Below, piece after piece: positions 25,966 through 39,762 of a stretch of DNA of 64,000 nt. The position numbers and the translations under genes are program-made. The notes beneath the pieces were generated by a model. That model was not told the DNA's origin. It saw nothing but the letters and a program-made list of their open reading frames with translations, and made no database searches. How positions within the stretch are numbered: position 1 is the first letter of the stretch; each line of letters begins with the position of its first letter. Source of the DNA: Octopus sinensis (lineage: Eukaryota); assembly GCF_006345805.1 (NCBI RefSeq), contig NC_043006.1:12090001-12154000 (forward strand). The letters run 5' to 3'.

Positions 25966-26268
25966 GGCCGAAAGGATGAAAGGCGAAGTCGATCTTGCCG
26001 AAATTTGAACTTAGAACGAAAGACAGATGAAATGCCTATTTCTTTACTTCCCACAAGAAGCTAAACACAGAGGGGACAAACAAGGATGGACAAATGGATT
26101 AAGTCGATTATATCGACCCCAGTGCGTAACTGGTACTTATTTAATCGACCCCCAAAGGCTGAAAGGCAAAGTGGACCTCGGCGGAATTTGAACTCAGAAC
26201 GTAACGGCAGACGAAATACGGCTACGCATTTCGTTTAGCGTGCTAACGTTTCTGCCAGCTCGTCGCCT
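25966..26268 (-). mobile_element. SINE family A unit joined to a partial older unit
   Basis: Sense junction aaagaaata|ggcatttcatctgtc. Confidence 0.85.
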
Positions 26269-26828
26269 TACACTGATAAATGTAATATTACTGTCAGAGT
26301 TTTGGATGAGTATTCTAAATGCAGTCGTTCTTTGCTTGTTAAGTGTTGAGGGTATTGTAACTAGAATATATTACCGGGACAGCCAATGCGCTAATTTTAT
26401 TACTTCGTATTTTGGGGGTTAACACTGTTTTAAGTATTACTCTAGTGTCTCTATACAATACCTACTTGACCATGTCTTTCCTTTCTACATTGTACACTCT
26501 ATTTCATTGGCTTCTCACTATTTGTGGTCTGTGTTTGGCCAAAGAGTCTTGTTTCTGTTTCTTTATCTCACATGTTATTAATTTTCTTAATTAATTTCAT
26601 TCTCTTCAAATTGCCTTGGCGCATTTTCTAATCAGAATCTTGTCTCTCTCTCAAGTCTTCTTATAAACCCATGTGCTATGTGCAGCAGAGTTTGTAATTG
26701 TTTATTACATGTAATTAATGCTAAACGTGATATCGTCTAGATATTGAAGATGTGGTTGATTGTCCTCCCATAGCTATTCTATCCGACACCAAATTGGTTT
26801 AACATGTTGATTAACGGTATTAGCGTCA

Positions 26829-26953
26829 CGTCCTTTCGGGGTCGATAAATTAAGAACCAGTTACGCACTAGGGTCGATGTAATCGACTTAATCCCTTTGT
26901 CTGTCCTCGTTTGTTTTCTCTGTGTTTAGCCCCTTGTGGGTAGTAAAGAAATA
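26829..26953 (+). mobile_element. 5'-truncated SINE family A inside the R4-like RT
   Basis: TSD ggtattagcgtca / ggtattagtgtca. Confidence 0.85.
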
Positions 26954-27174
26954 GGTATTAGTGTCAGCCAGAATAAAAACAGTTGGAAAAGGAAATCTCC
27001 TTGGAGTATTCCCCTCCTGATGGATATTGTTTAACTTGCTATTTTCCTAATATTTTCAAAGTTTTATGCGAGTTTTTTATAATATTGTCTTTTGTGAATA
27101 TGCAACTGTTGTCTGCATATAGAGTTATTTTGCGGTAAGTTTTCGTTTATTGTTTCTGGTGTCAGTGAAGTCAT

Positions 27175-27340
27175 ATGGCCTCATGTTAGGATATGCAGCC
27201 CACGATTATGATACTGTGGGTTCAATTCCAGATTCGGGCAACGCGCCGTGTCCTTGAACATGTCCTTTAATTTTATGTTTACTCCAGTCTATCCAGATGA
27301 AAATGAATATCCGGCCAAATGTTAATGGAGCTATCTCTCC
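27175..27340 (+). mobile_element. Old tRNA-derived CORE-like SINE
   Basis: B-box gggttcaattcc followed by gtgtccttgaaca. Confidence 0.5.
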
Positions 27341-27497
27341 CCGGTATACACAACCTGAATGAGCCACTGGGTAGATGACGAAAGAGTCAAGGAAATGCCC
27401 ATGCCTACTCGCAACCACAGAGGTGCCTAAAATAATTAACGAAAGTATAACATGTTAACTAAGCTACACTACTTTGTAGTGGTCTACTGTGTTCTCC

Positions 27498-27551
<54 letters not shown>

Positions 27552-27994
27552 CTCTCTCTCTCTCTCTCTCTTTGGTTTCGTTATAATGCTATACGAATGC
27601 TGTATAAAATATGCCCAATCAGAATAGTGAGATCTCGTGTTTCATGTCTGTTGTATAATTAGTGTTATAGATTTTAAAATCGGGCAGTAATTGCACAGAG
27701 CATGTACGGTGTACCTTGTTTTATATTAATTGGTTCCATCTGGTAACGTATGCGTTCTACGAGTCGTAGGCGTCAAAATGACGCTAATCGATTACATCTG
27801 AGTATGTTTTAGGTTATGCGTGTGGGTGTTTGTTGATAGTGTATTGTAGGCGATATGTTATATTTATCGGTGATGAATATGGTGGTAAATGTGTAGAGCG
27901 TGACTTTGTTTCAGTGGGTAATAATTGTGTAGAGTGTGTGTTTTGCTTATATTGGTTGATGGTGATTCTAAGGCATTATATAATTAGTCGACAG

Positions 27995-28232
27995 GGGCGT
28001 TGCGCTCAAGATCGTGGGTTTGATTCCCGGACCGAGCAGTGCATTGTGTTCTTGATCAAAGCACTTCCTCTCACGTTGCTCTACAACCAATTTACCAACT
28101 GACACGTGACACACCATACACCTGAACAGGTAATGTCGATTTGATGGCGGGAGAGAGAATAAGTCCTGGGGTCGATTTGCTCGACTAAAGGCGGTGCTCC
28201 AGCATGGCCGGAGTCAAATGACTGAAACAAGT
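27995..28232 (+). mobile_element. Old SINE head fused to the 3' end of SINE family C
   Basis: gggtttgattccc..gtgttcttgatcaaagcactt, then aagtcctggggtcgatttgctcgactaaaggcggtgctcc. Confidence 0.6.
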
Positions 28233-28835
28233 CATCATGTATTTAGGACCTTAACTTTTCCTTTTTTCTTTTTTTCTTCACGCTCCCGCTCTTTTCTCTC
28301 TACGAGAACTGGAGAAATCAACCAAACCACCAACCAACCAACCAACCAACATTTATATCGGTTATTATAACAGAGAGACGGCGCAGCGGGAACGTTGCTC
28401 ATCATAAATATTTTTGAGAGAAGTGAGTATTTTTTAAAATATTATTGTTTAAATGTAAACAATAATAAAATTAAATAACAATTTAAACAATAATAAAAGA
28501 AATGTACAATAAGCAACACATCAAATTAAATGAAAACAAATGAAACTGATTCTGAAAAATTTCATAGATATACAATTTTCATAAATATACAAATGTGCGC
28601 GTAGATAAAGAAAAAGTATCTCTGATCAACGTTTAGGTCATGTGACCGTTTTAGTTTGGCATCTGTGGTGTAAATCATGGTTTGATTTAGAGAGTTAGAA
28701 AAAACAAAGAGAATACAATATCATGAACACCCTTTGATATGGATACACGCATACATTTACATAGATATGTGTACGTATTAACAGATATCTGTACACACCG
28801 CTCACCACATAGAAACATATCATCATCAACTTCGC

Positions 28836-28837
<2 letters not shown>

Positions 28838-28866
<29 letters not shown>

Positions 28867-28868
28867 TC

Positions 28869-28923
<55 letters not shown>

Positions 28924-28947
28924 GTTATTATTATTATTATTATTATT
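28838..28947. repeat. (ATT)n microsatellite
   Basis: Directly visible. Confidence 0.95.
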
Positions 28948-28948
28948 A

Positions 28949-29163
28949 AGGCAGTGAGCTGACAGAATCGTGAGCACGCCGGGCGAAATGCTTAACGTAT
29001 TTCGTCTGCCGTTACGTTCTGAGTTCAAATTCCGCCGAGGTCGACTTTGCCTTTCATACTTTCAGGGTCGATAAATTAAATACTAGTTGAGTACTGAGGT
29101 CGATCTAATCGACTATCCCCCTCCCTCAAATTTCAGGCCTTGTGCCTATAGTAGAAAGGATTA
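28949..29163 (+). mobile_element. SINE family A with type-2 tail, embedded in (ATT)n
   Basis: Head and body identity, tail tcaggccttgtgcctatagtagaaaggatt. Confidence 0.85.
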
Positions 29164-29510
29164 TTATTACTATTATTATTATTATTATTATTATTAATAA
29201 TAATAATAATAATAATAATAGGATGGCGCGAGCTGGCAGAATCGTTAGCGCACCGCACAAAATGATTAGCAGTGTTTTGTACATCTTTATCTTCTAGATT
29301 CAAATTCCACCGAGTTTTTTCTGTTTTTCAGAAAAGTTAGAAAAACTAAAGGACCGTTTGCATTAAGTGTCTGAACTTGACAGGACAATATGACGAATGA
29401 AAACATAATTAGCTCATCCTCCTCTATTTACTCAAAGCCAGCAACTTTTCAGTTCACCTCGCATGTATACATACATACTATCCCATATATAATTTATATA
29501 TATATATATA

Positions 29511-29925
29511 GGCGCAGGAGTGGCTGTTTGGTAAGTAGCTTGCTAACCAACCACATGGTTCCGGGTTCAGTCCCACTGCGTGGCATCTTGGGCAAGTGTC
29601 TTCTGCTATAGCCCCGGGCCGACCAATGCCTTGTGAGTGGATTTGGTAGACGGAAACTGAAAGAAGCCTGTCGTATATATGTATATATATATAAGTGTGT
29701 GTGAATATGTTTGTGTGTCTGTGTTTGTTCCCCTAGCATTGCTTGACAACCGATGCTGGTGTGTTTACGTCCCCGTCACTTAGCGGTTCGGCAAAAGAGA
29801 CCGATAGAATAAGTACTGGGCTTACAAAGAATAAGTCCCGGGGTCGATTTGCTCGACTAAAGGCGGTGCTCCAGCATGGCCGCAGTCACATGACTGAAAC
29901 AAGTAAAAAGAGAAAGAAAAAGAGT
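29511..29925 (+). mobile_element. SINE family C (CORE-like), full length
   Basis: ggcgcaggagtggctgtttggtaag (A box), gggttcagtccc (B box), cttgggcaagtgtcttct, A-rich tail. Confidence 0.9.
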
Positions 29926-30370
29926 ATATGTGTGTGTGTGTGCGTGTATGTATATGAGAATTACATTTAAGCATATGGCATCATAATACAAGTGTATTAC
30001 AGAAAGCATAACGTGTCTTTAGTAGATTAGAAGATGTACGTTAAGGGAAGATGAAAAAGGCTAAATCGGCGTAGCAGGAACGGCCTAATCCAATTTGGCT
30101 TCCCGCTCTCTCTCTCTGTCTGTCTCTCTCTCTCTCTCTCTGTATGTATATATACGCTCTCTCTTACTGTCTACCAAATCCTCTCAGAAGGCTTTGGTCG
30201 GCCCAGGTGGATAGTTAAAGACGCATATGCCCACGGTACCACGTAATCGGGATGAACCTAAAACCAAATTGTTATGAAACGACCTTCTAACCCTAACCGT
30301 AGCTGTAAATATTGGTACATTGTTGTACCACTACCTGATATAAATATATATATAATATATATATATATGT

Positions 30371-30705
30371 ATATATTGTTGTGTCTGGGGAGAGTCATTC
30401 TCTTTTAGTGCTTTATAATTTTAACACACTTACCGGTAACATTTCCATGTATTTCCTTCTTTAGTTTTCTAAAGTTTTCGTTGCGTCTTCCCACGTTTTA
30501 AATGGTTTTGACTTTCAAAACTATTGAAAAGGTTGCAAGACGCAAAGAAAATTTTAGAAATCTAAGGAAGGAAATGGAAATTTTACCGGTGGGTGTGTTA
30601 AAATTGTAAAGCACTAAAAGAGGATGAATCTCACCAGACACAACAGTATATGCTTCAACACATGAACTCACATAAAGAATCTTGCAAACAAATTCCAAAA
30701 ACGAA
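30371..30705. mobile_element. Fold-back/MITE-like palindromic element
   Basis: Arms 30371-30511 and 30515-30651 are imperfect inverted repeats around a 3-nt loop. Related arm at ~46900-47042. Confidence 0.75.
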
Positions 30706-31087
30706 AGTGGCTGTGTGGTAAGTAGCTTGTTTACCAACCACATGGTTACGGGTTCAGTACCACTGCGTGGCACCTTGGGCAAGTGTCTTCTACTATAGCC
30801 TCAGGCCGACCAAAGTCTTGTGAGTGGATTTGGTAGAGGGAACTGAAAGAAGCCCGTCGTTTATATGTATATGTATATGTATATATGTGTGTGTGCGTGT
30901 GTGTGTGTCCCCCCAACATCGCTTGACAACCGATGCTGGTGCATTTACGACCACGTAACGTAGCGGTTCGCCAATAGAGACCGATAGAATAAGTACTAGG
31001 CTTACGAAGAATAAGTCCTGGGTTCGATTTGCTCGACTATAGGCAGCAGTCGAATGACTGAAACAAGTAAAAGAGTAAAAGAGTAAA
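30706..31087 (+). mobile_element. SINE family C
   Basis: High similarity to the 29511 copy; tail (gtaaaaga)n. Confidence 0.85.
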
Positions 31088-31095
31088 GTGTAAAG

Positions 31096-31184
<89 letters not shown>

Positions 31185-31218
31185 GCATGTGCGTAAGAGT
31201 ATGTGTGTGTGTGTGTTA

Positions 31219-31408
31219 AAGCGGCAAATTGGCAGAATCGATAGCGGCATTTACCCGCCTTCACGTTTTGAGTTCAAATTCTACCGAAGACGACTTTGTC
31301 ATCCATCCTTTCGAAATCGCCAAGATAAGCATCATCTTCGTACTGGGGTCGATGTAATAAAGTACCCACCATCCCATAGTTTCAGGCTTATTGCCTATAG
31401 TACAAAAA
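31219..31408 (+). mobile_element. Old SINE family A, type-2 tail
   Basis: ggcagaatcg..gagttcaaattc..ctggggtcgatgtaat. Confidence 0.65.
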
Positions 31409-32126
31409 ACGCTATATATGTGTATGAGAGTCTGTGTGTGCGCACGTACTTCTGTCTGTGAGTGTGTGTGAGAGAGTGAATGCGTGTGTGTGTCTGTGTG
31501 TGTGTATTCTTGTTTGTGTGTATTCTGTGTGTGTATTCTGCGTATAGATTGTACTGACGCATGAGTGCATGTGCAAAGGTTTAATTATGTATGAAATATA
31601 TATCTGTGTCAGTTAGTAACGCGAACGTGCTTGTGAGTGGGGAAAAAATAGGCGTTCTATCATGTATGTCTTTGCGTGCGTTCATGTGTGTGCACGTGTG
31701 TGTGTGTGTGTGTGTGTGCATGTGTGTGTGTGTGTGTGGTGTGTGTGTGCATGTGTGTGTGTGCGTGTGTGTGTGTGTTGTGTGTGTGCACATGTGTGTG
31801 TGTGTTTTTGTGTAAGTGGTTGGTCCTCCGCCTTCATGTGAGCGCTGGCTGAAAACTGAAGACTTTCCATTTACAAAATCGGAAGTCTCATGTTGATGAC
31901 TGGAAATACGATACTTGGAAAACTTATAACCAGTCTAGTATGAAAGCGAATGGAAAGCAAGAGCATCAGCTTTGCATGTACAATCATCAATCACAACACA
32001 TACACGCACCTCAGAAGCACATTTTTCACTCGTGCATTCACACATACTTACGCTCCCGCACACAGACATAGACGTGCGTACGGTGCGCATTATATATAAG
32101 TGTAAATGTCAATATGGATCAAGAAA

Positions 32127-32181
<55 letters not shown>

Positions 32182-32622
32182 TACATACATACATATATAC
32201 ATATGGTGGAAACTGTGTACGTGTAGATGTTGTAGGATTGTTGCTGTCGTGTTTAGTACTTCACGTAGATTATCATAATTCAGTCTGCTACGTCTATAGT
32301 TGTTAAGTAACTTCTATACTGAGTAATATTACCAGTTTTTAAAACTACAGACCGACTTTGTTAGGTGATTATCTGTAACATAACCCAGTAAAATGTTCAC
32401 TGGTGATCCGTTCAGGTGGAGAGTCAAGATGCAATGTGAGCACCTATTGGTGGACTCCAAGCATGCAGAATGGTGAAACACGCTTAGGGACTATATTATT
32501 AAGCTGCTTGTCTTTCTTTCTTCTGCATTTGCACTGATACATAAACACGTATGTACATACATACATACGAATCTATCAATCAATCTATTTATCTATGTAA
32601 AGTATGTATCTCTCTCTCTCTC

Positions 32623-32653
<31 letters not shown>

Positions 32654-32906
32654 GTGTGTATATATATGCATGTGTATGTGTGTGTATATCTGTATATATA
32701 TATACATATATATATATCTTTAGGAACACGACAGAAAGGGCGCATTTATAGGGAAATACGTATATTATTCAAAACAACTTGATTTGGATTCCGTACTTCA
32801 AGTTTTGCAAGCCCCTAACGGAGACTGGTGAGATATCCGAATGAAACAATTTTGAGTAATACATACATACATACGTACATACATACGTACATACATACAC
32901 ACACAC

Positions 32907-32950
<44 letters not shown>

Positions 32951-33889
32951 TATATATATATCAACATATATACATATATACATATTTGCAAACAAACAGT
33001 TACAAAGGCACACGCACACACACAAGCACAAGACTGGGATATACTTACATATAAGGTGAGAAGCAAAATCCACCTGTTTCTTTTACGTAATGCGCCAACA
33101 TCTCTTCTTTATGAGTGAACAAATTAAGGAATTTGGATTTTAAATGGCAAGGGGAGTGATTTTATCATTAAAACGATCTTAAAATATAGGGCAATAGGTT
33201 ACTATAGTTATAGCTATTCGAAACCCTGAAATAATACTAAGGGATACGCTGAAATTCGGGCCAAATTTAAACAGGTTCAAATTTCTATTGATAAGATGGT
33301 GTGTTGGCAACATGGATTTTTGTCATTACAATGCAAATGAATCAAATAATGGTCTTCTCCCCAAGAGAATAGAATACCGTTACAAAAATTGGAGGGAAGG
33401 GAAAAATTTGCTAGCACATTCCTACGTGAGTAAATTTATTTTTCGCCATGTTTACATGTTGCATGGACAACTCTGTAGAGAATTAGTGCAGAACTGCAGC
33501 TACTTTTGGACTTGGCAAGTGTAAAACATTTAAGTGGAAAAAATGTCTTAGCCTCATGATATAACAAAATTAGATGAATCGAAATTGTTTTTACGTCCAA
33601 CATACTATTTGCATTTAAGAAATGGAAAATAAGGGAGAAGCTGGAATAACACAAACCAGAATGGTTTCTGCTACGTTAACAGATAAAGGAGATGATAAGT
33701 TATAGTAGATTGATTTCTATTAGGAACAAAGGTAAATCGTTAGATGAAAAGGAGGGGAGTTACAAGAGCAGCAGGATTAAGGTAGGGATTAAGGTGGCAT
33801 TGCTCATGAGCAGTATGAAAACAGACGAGCAAAAGTAAGATCTCGTGGATCGTGTCGTAGCTATGAACATATTCACGTTATATACATAC

Positions 33890-33933
<44 letters not shown>

Positions 33934-34057
33934 TATATAATATAAATACACATGCTACACACACATACACACATGAATGGATGTACTTGTGCTGTGTGCA
34001 AGTCTGTGTATCTATAAATATTCATACAAATTTAGACATAGATATATATACACATAG

Positions 34058-34094
<37 letters not shown>

Positions 34095-34118
34095 CGTGTT
34101 TATGTGTATATATATCTA

Positions 34119-34166
<48 letters not shown>

Positions 34167-34494
34167 AATACGTGTGTGTGAGGGAGAGAGAGAGAGAGAG
34201 TTTCCCTACAGTCTCATTCACTAAGAATGATCTAATTTGTGCCAATGACAGGTTATATATCTCAGGTCTCGCACCTCCAAGCATTCCTTAAGGCTCAAAT
34301 ACCTGAGGCTGAGAATTTGCTTGGAGGCACGTGGCATTATTTGTAAATTCCCCAGTTTGTTAATTTTTCGTAGCTTGCATTTAAATATTGTGTATTTAAA
34401 TGATATTCAAGCATGTATGTATGTATGTATGTATGTATGTATGTATGTATGTATGTATATGCATGTATGCATGTATGTATGTATGTATGTAGTT

Positions 34495-34594
34495 NNNNNN
34501 NNNNNNNNNNNNNNNNNNNNNNNNNNNNNNNNNNNNNNNNNNNNNNNNNNNNNNNNNNNNNNNNNNNNNNNNNNNNNNNNNNNNNNNNNNNNNN
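34495..34594. other. Assembly gap (100 N)
   Basis: N run next to (TATG)n; true gap length and contiguity are unknown. Confidence 0.99.
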
Positions 34595-35412
34595 TAGGTC
34601 GGAAGACAGGCAGATAAACACAGGTTTTAAGACTATCTACGGTGTTTCTTAAGATCCTTAAACACTCACTAATTAATATAACACTGTAAGAAAAGACGAG
34701 GAAAATGATGCATAGAATTGGCATAATTAATTTTTATTTTGTTTATCGATAACAAAATTCTTACAATTTCTATTTGGTGGTAATAACACTCGTGTGTGTG
34801 TGATAGTGTGTGTGTATGCATATATACACTCACGCACATATATTCCGATAATACCCGTCTCTTGAAATACTTATAATTTAGACAAAGAAAGTGGGGAATG
34901 CCAGTGGTCTTCATAGATCTTTCAATAATGACGTGAAGAGGCTGGACAAGGAGACAATTATACAAGACTTCAGTTCTGTATAGTAAGCATTATTTGAAGT
35001 GTTTTGTAGTGGATACGATAGGTGAGACATTGAAGAAATGAGAATTTCGATTGTTGGACAGAAGTCGTATGTAGATTGTTTGGACACCGAAGATACAGGT
35101 TTGTGTTAAAATCATAGATAAAGTTGCACTTTGACTACGAGTCTAGAGGTGTTAAAATAAAATAAAAAGGACAAGCTAAGTATTATACATAGCAAATTTA
35201 TGGTTACAGGAATATGTCAAAGAGTTATTTAAGAAAGGAACGCAAAAACATACGTAAGCATACACTTTCACACAAATGAAAAATTACATGTATGTTTGTA
35301 TTTATGTAGTCATTTATACGTTGATACACACCGGTATACAAAAATGAATATATACATAAATATATAAAAATATATTATATATATATATATATATATAATA
35401 TAATATATATAT

Positions 35413-35445
<33 letters not shown>

Positions 35446-35814
35446 TATAAATTAGGGTATCTACGAGATACCACCATGCTGAAAATAGCAGCCATGAATC
35501 TGACTCTAAAACCACCGTAATTGTCCATATATCAACACGGAGAGAAAGCAAAGAGACAATATGAAACTAGTAAAAAATGACTGAATAATTCTAGATCCCG
35601 GATTTCTGAATTGCATTTAGAAATGCTTTGCCTCGTCAGTAGAATACACATAGCAGAGAAACATAAATACATACATATATATATATATATATACAACATA
35701 CGAATACTTACATATGCGAACGTATAACCACATATATATGCACGTATGCATCATAGCCAGTTCAAAATGCCCGCTGGAATATATATATATGGGATATATA
35801 TATATATATATATA

Positions 35815-36025
35815 TATAACGGAAGGTTTACGAAAATAAACAAAAGACGAAGACAAGTGGAGTACAAACAAATGATATATTAGTATGGCGCTCAGGAATA
35901 GAAATGAAACAAGTCTTTTACGTTTAGAGCCTACGCTCTTCGACAGAAAGATACACAGAAAAGAAACAAGGAGAGAAACAAGGAGAGAAAAAAATTGCGT
36001 GTAGGGGCTAACGATCCAACATGGC
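35815..36025 (-). mobile_element. Family H repeat (hammerhead-like motif) within (AT)n
   Basis: Minus strand ctttctgtcgaagagcgtaggctctaaacgtaaaag at 35915-35950. Confidence 0.6.
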
Positions 36026-36932
36026 AATATATATATATATATACAAATATATATATACATATGTATATATAACACATACGTGCATACATGTATGTATAAT
36101 AGTATATGTATAGATATTTTTATGTGTACGTGTGTGTTTGTGTGTGTGTGTATGTGTTTGCGTGTGTGTGCCTGTGTATGTTTTCGTGTATGAATGTTTG
36201 TATATCTCCAAACCGCAAACGTGCTAATTTTTCTCAGCATTTGAAATTAAGCACGTCAGGACAGAAGATTTGTTTGAAAACCTGTTGGTGACGGCAATAA
36301 GCTTACGTAGAAGCAATACGTTTGAAATTCACAAAGATTTCTAGAGAAAGTCTTATCAGTGATATAGCAGCTAGGGACTGGGAAATTGCAGCATTATCAA
36401 TTTCCGATAGTTAAGGAAAGCTTTTGGAATCTCTGTAATTGACTCAGAAATATATTGTTAATTTTATTACCCAGCACACAAACTTGGCACGTTAAACGAA
36501 AGAAGACTTAGGCATTAACGTTGTTAACTGAGGCAGACCGTACATGCGTACACACGCCTGCACACACACACAACACACACATACGCAAACACTCACTCAC
36601 AAACACGCACAGACATGCATGTGTGTGTATGTTTAAATGTGTACACCCATACATGCGTACACACGCGTGCACACACACACACAACGCACACGCAAACACT
36701 CACTCACACACACGCACTCACAGACATGCATGTATGCGTGTGTGTATGTTTAAATGTGTGTATTACGCACATGAGGATTTATGTAGTGCGGATGATATAT
36801 GAGAGTAATAATAGTAGGATACTGAGTGAGAGAAACAATCTCTACAATACTTATTGAACGATACTGTCAAATCATTTATAGCCTATACATTGATACGTAT
36901 GTACATACATTCACAAACGCACATACACATGT

Positions 36933-37314
36933 GGAAGCATTCTGTTGGTTATGACGGCGAGGGTTCCGGTTGATCCGATCAACGGAACAGCCTGCTCGTG
37001 AAATTAACGTGTAAGTGGCTGAGCACTCCACAGACACGTGTACCCTTAACGTAGTTCTCGGGGATATTCAGCGTGACACAGAGAGTGACAAGGCCGGTTC
37101 TTTGAAATACAGTTACAACAGAAACAGGAATTAAGAGTGAGAGAAAGTTGTGGTGAAAGAGTACAACAGGGATCACCACCATCCCCTGCCGGAGCCTCGT
37201 GGAGCTTTAGGTGTTTTCGCTCAATAAACACTCACAACGCCCGGTCTGGGAATCGAAACCGCGATCCTACGACCGCGAGCCCGCTGCCCTAACCACTGGG
37301 CCATTGCGCATCCC
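36933..37314 (-). mobile_element. SINE family B, full length
   Basis: Near-identical to 6113-6495. TSD catacacatgt at 36922-36932 and 37315-37325. Confidence 0.9.
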
Positions 37315-37604
37315 CATACACATGTAAATACATATGGAAAGTAGTGATTAGGATATTGTAGTTACGTTCTTAAGATCACCGTTTCAATTTCCTAATCTGG
37401 AGGGGCGTTGTCTTCAGGAAAAAAATCCCTCCATAACACATTGCTCAAGGACCACTTCGACATTCAATGAGGGGCGTCCCGTGCTTATGCACGGTGTAAA
37501 TATTTGATTGCTTTAGACAATCATCAGTTCGGCAAGATAGCTCAGAACCCTTATCTGTCGTTCGCGAGAGCAGAGTTCATCAATACGATGTATGTATGTA
37601 TGGG

Positions 37605-38130
37605 GAGTATTCGCAAAAAAAGAACCAAAAAAAAAAAAACAAGACAGGTGGTGTAGACAACAAACAGATATATTAGTTTAACGCTCGGGAAGTGAAAAAT
37701 CTTAACATTTCGAGCTACGCTCTCCACAGAAAGGGACACAGAAAGAAACAAGGAGAGAAAATAAAGAATGTAATGCCTATGTATATATGTATGTAATATG
37801 ATGTAGTATGTATGTATGTATAGTATAGTATGTATGAATGTATGGATGTATGTGTGTATGTATGTAGTATGTATGTAGAATGTATGAATGTATATGTATG
37901 TCAGTATGTATGTATGTATGTATGCATGATGTATGTATGTAGTATGTATATACGATGTATGTATGGGTAAATTCGCAAAAAACCCAAAAATGAAGGCAGG
38001 TGGTGTAGACAACAAACAGATGTATTAGTTTAACGTTCGGGAAGTTAAAAAGTCTTAAAATTTCGAGCCTACGCTCTTCCACAAAAGGAATACAGAAAGA
38101 AACAAGGTGAGAAAATAAAGAATGTGTAGT
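37605..38130 (-). mobile_element. Two direct copies of family H separated by (TATG)n
   Basis: Copies at ~37605-37770 and ~37965-38130; motifs at 37701-37733 and 38054-38087. Confidence 0.65.
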
Positions 38131-38834
38131 ATGTATGTATGCATGTATGTATGCATGTATGTATGTATGTATGTATGTATGTATGTATGTATGCATGTAT
38201 GTATGTATGTATGTACGTATGTATGTATGTATTTAAGTATGCATGTATGTATGTATGTATGTGTGCATGTATGTATGTATGTATGTATGCATGCAACTAT
38301 ATGTTTATGTATGTATTCAGGTATATATGTATGTATGCATGTGTGTCTGTACGTATGTATGTAAATATGAATGTCTGTATGTGCATATGTATGTTTGCAT
38401 GTATGTGGGTACGTATGTATGTATGTATGTATGTATGTGAGTGTGTATGTATGTATATTTGTACATAAGTATCTATGTATTTATGTATGTATATATATGG
38501 AAATTTGCTGAAATTTGAAGATTTTTGTCGTATATTTTTAGGAAGTGTACAAAATTATGCGTTTAAATGACATCTCGAGAATACACATCGATAGAGGGAT
38601 ACGTTTTAACTAAAATCAAAAAAAAGAAGAGAAAACTATGGAAGGCCAGTTACTGTTAGAACTAACCGGAGTCTAATTCCAGTGTCAAGATGCTCCAGTG
38701 TCTATTGTCATTATGTGACAAACTTTATGACATCTGCGACCAATAAAACTTCGCAGCTCATTTAACTTGACCAGACCGCTATCGAACTAGAACACGCTGT
38801 AGTGGAGAGAATAAAGACGCAGACTGAAATGAAC

Positions 38835-38849
38835 GCGCACGCACACGGA

Positions 38850-38885
<36 letters not shown>

Positions 38886-39415
38886 AAACACATACATACA
38901 TATACGAACATACACACACACACACACACATACAAACATACAAACATACACACACATACACACATACACACACATACGAACATACACACACACACATACA
39001 CATACACAAACAAACATACACACACACATATACACACACACACATACGAACATACACACACACATACACATACAAAAATACACACACACACACACACACA
39101 CACACACGAACATACACACACACACAAACACGCTAACACATACAAACATACACACACCATACGACATACACACACACACACACACATACGAACATACACA
39201 CACACACACATACGAACATACCACACATACGAACACACACACACACATACACATACAAACATACACACACACATACACACACACATACGAACATACACAT
39301 ACAAACATACACACACACACATACATATACAAACATACACACACACATACACACACACACATACACATACGAACATACACACACACACACAAACACGCTA
39401 ACACACACATGCACA
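38835..39415. repeat. Long degenerate (CA)n/(CATA)n microsatellite
   Basis: Directly visible. Confidence 0.95.
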
Positions 39416-39595
39416 TATGTACATATATTCAGAGTAGCTTGCGCGTTCACTTCGATTTACACATCTATTCTGGCAGTCCTGAAATTCAATTAATAGACAC
39501 ACACACACACACACACACACACCAATAAATTTATATGCTTATAGATACATACACACACACATACATAAATAAACACACAAACACATATATATATA

Positions 39596-39762
39596 TATAC
39601 GACAGGCTTCTTTCAGTTTCCGTCTACCAAATCCACTCACAAGGTATTGGTCGGCCCGGGGCTATAGCAGAAGACACTTGCCCAAGATGCCACGCAGTTG
39701 GACTGACCCCGGAACCATGTGGTTGTTTAACAAGCTACTTACCACACAGCCACTCCTGCGCC
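39596..39762 (-). mobile_element. SINE family C, 5' module
   Basis: Matches 29511-29675. Confidence 0.85.

Larger units (their letters stand above)
24950..27130 (-). mobile_element. Highly decayed R4/Dong-clade non-LTR retrotransposon (RT, zinc-knuckle region, RLE region), interrupted by two SINEs
   Basis: Minus-strand remnants in the expected order: ISIRRGILQGD (~27030), INHIF/YLDD (~26750), KCAKA (~26620), RVILKTVL..NKISALAVPVIYS (~26400), IQDYIISNKNY (~25470), FCR..RHN (~25350), FLLEIKILSNDNV (~25100). Confidence 0.7.

Noticed and set aside
28255-28430. Plus-strand exon ending at aa|gtgagt
   Set aside because: No good YAG acceptor and no supportable ORF.
38762-39450. 200-aa ORFs (CVCV/HTHT) and similar YIYI, poly-L/I/Y/N ORFs throughout the window
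   Set aside because: These are translations of stop-free microsatellites, with no coding signature.
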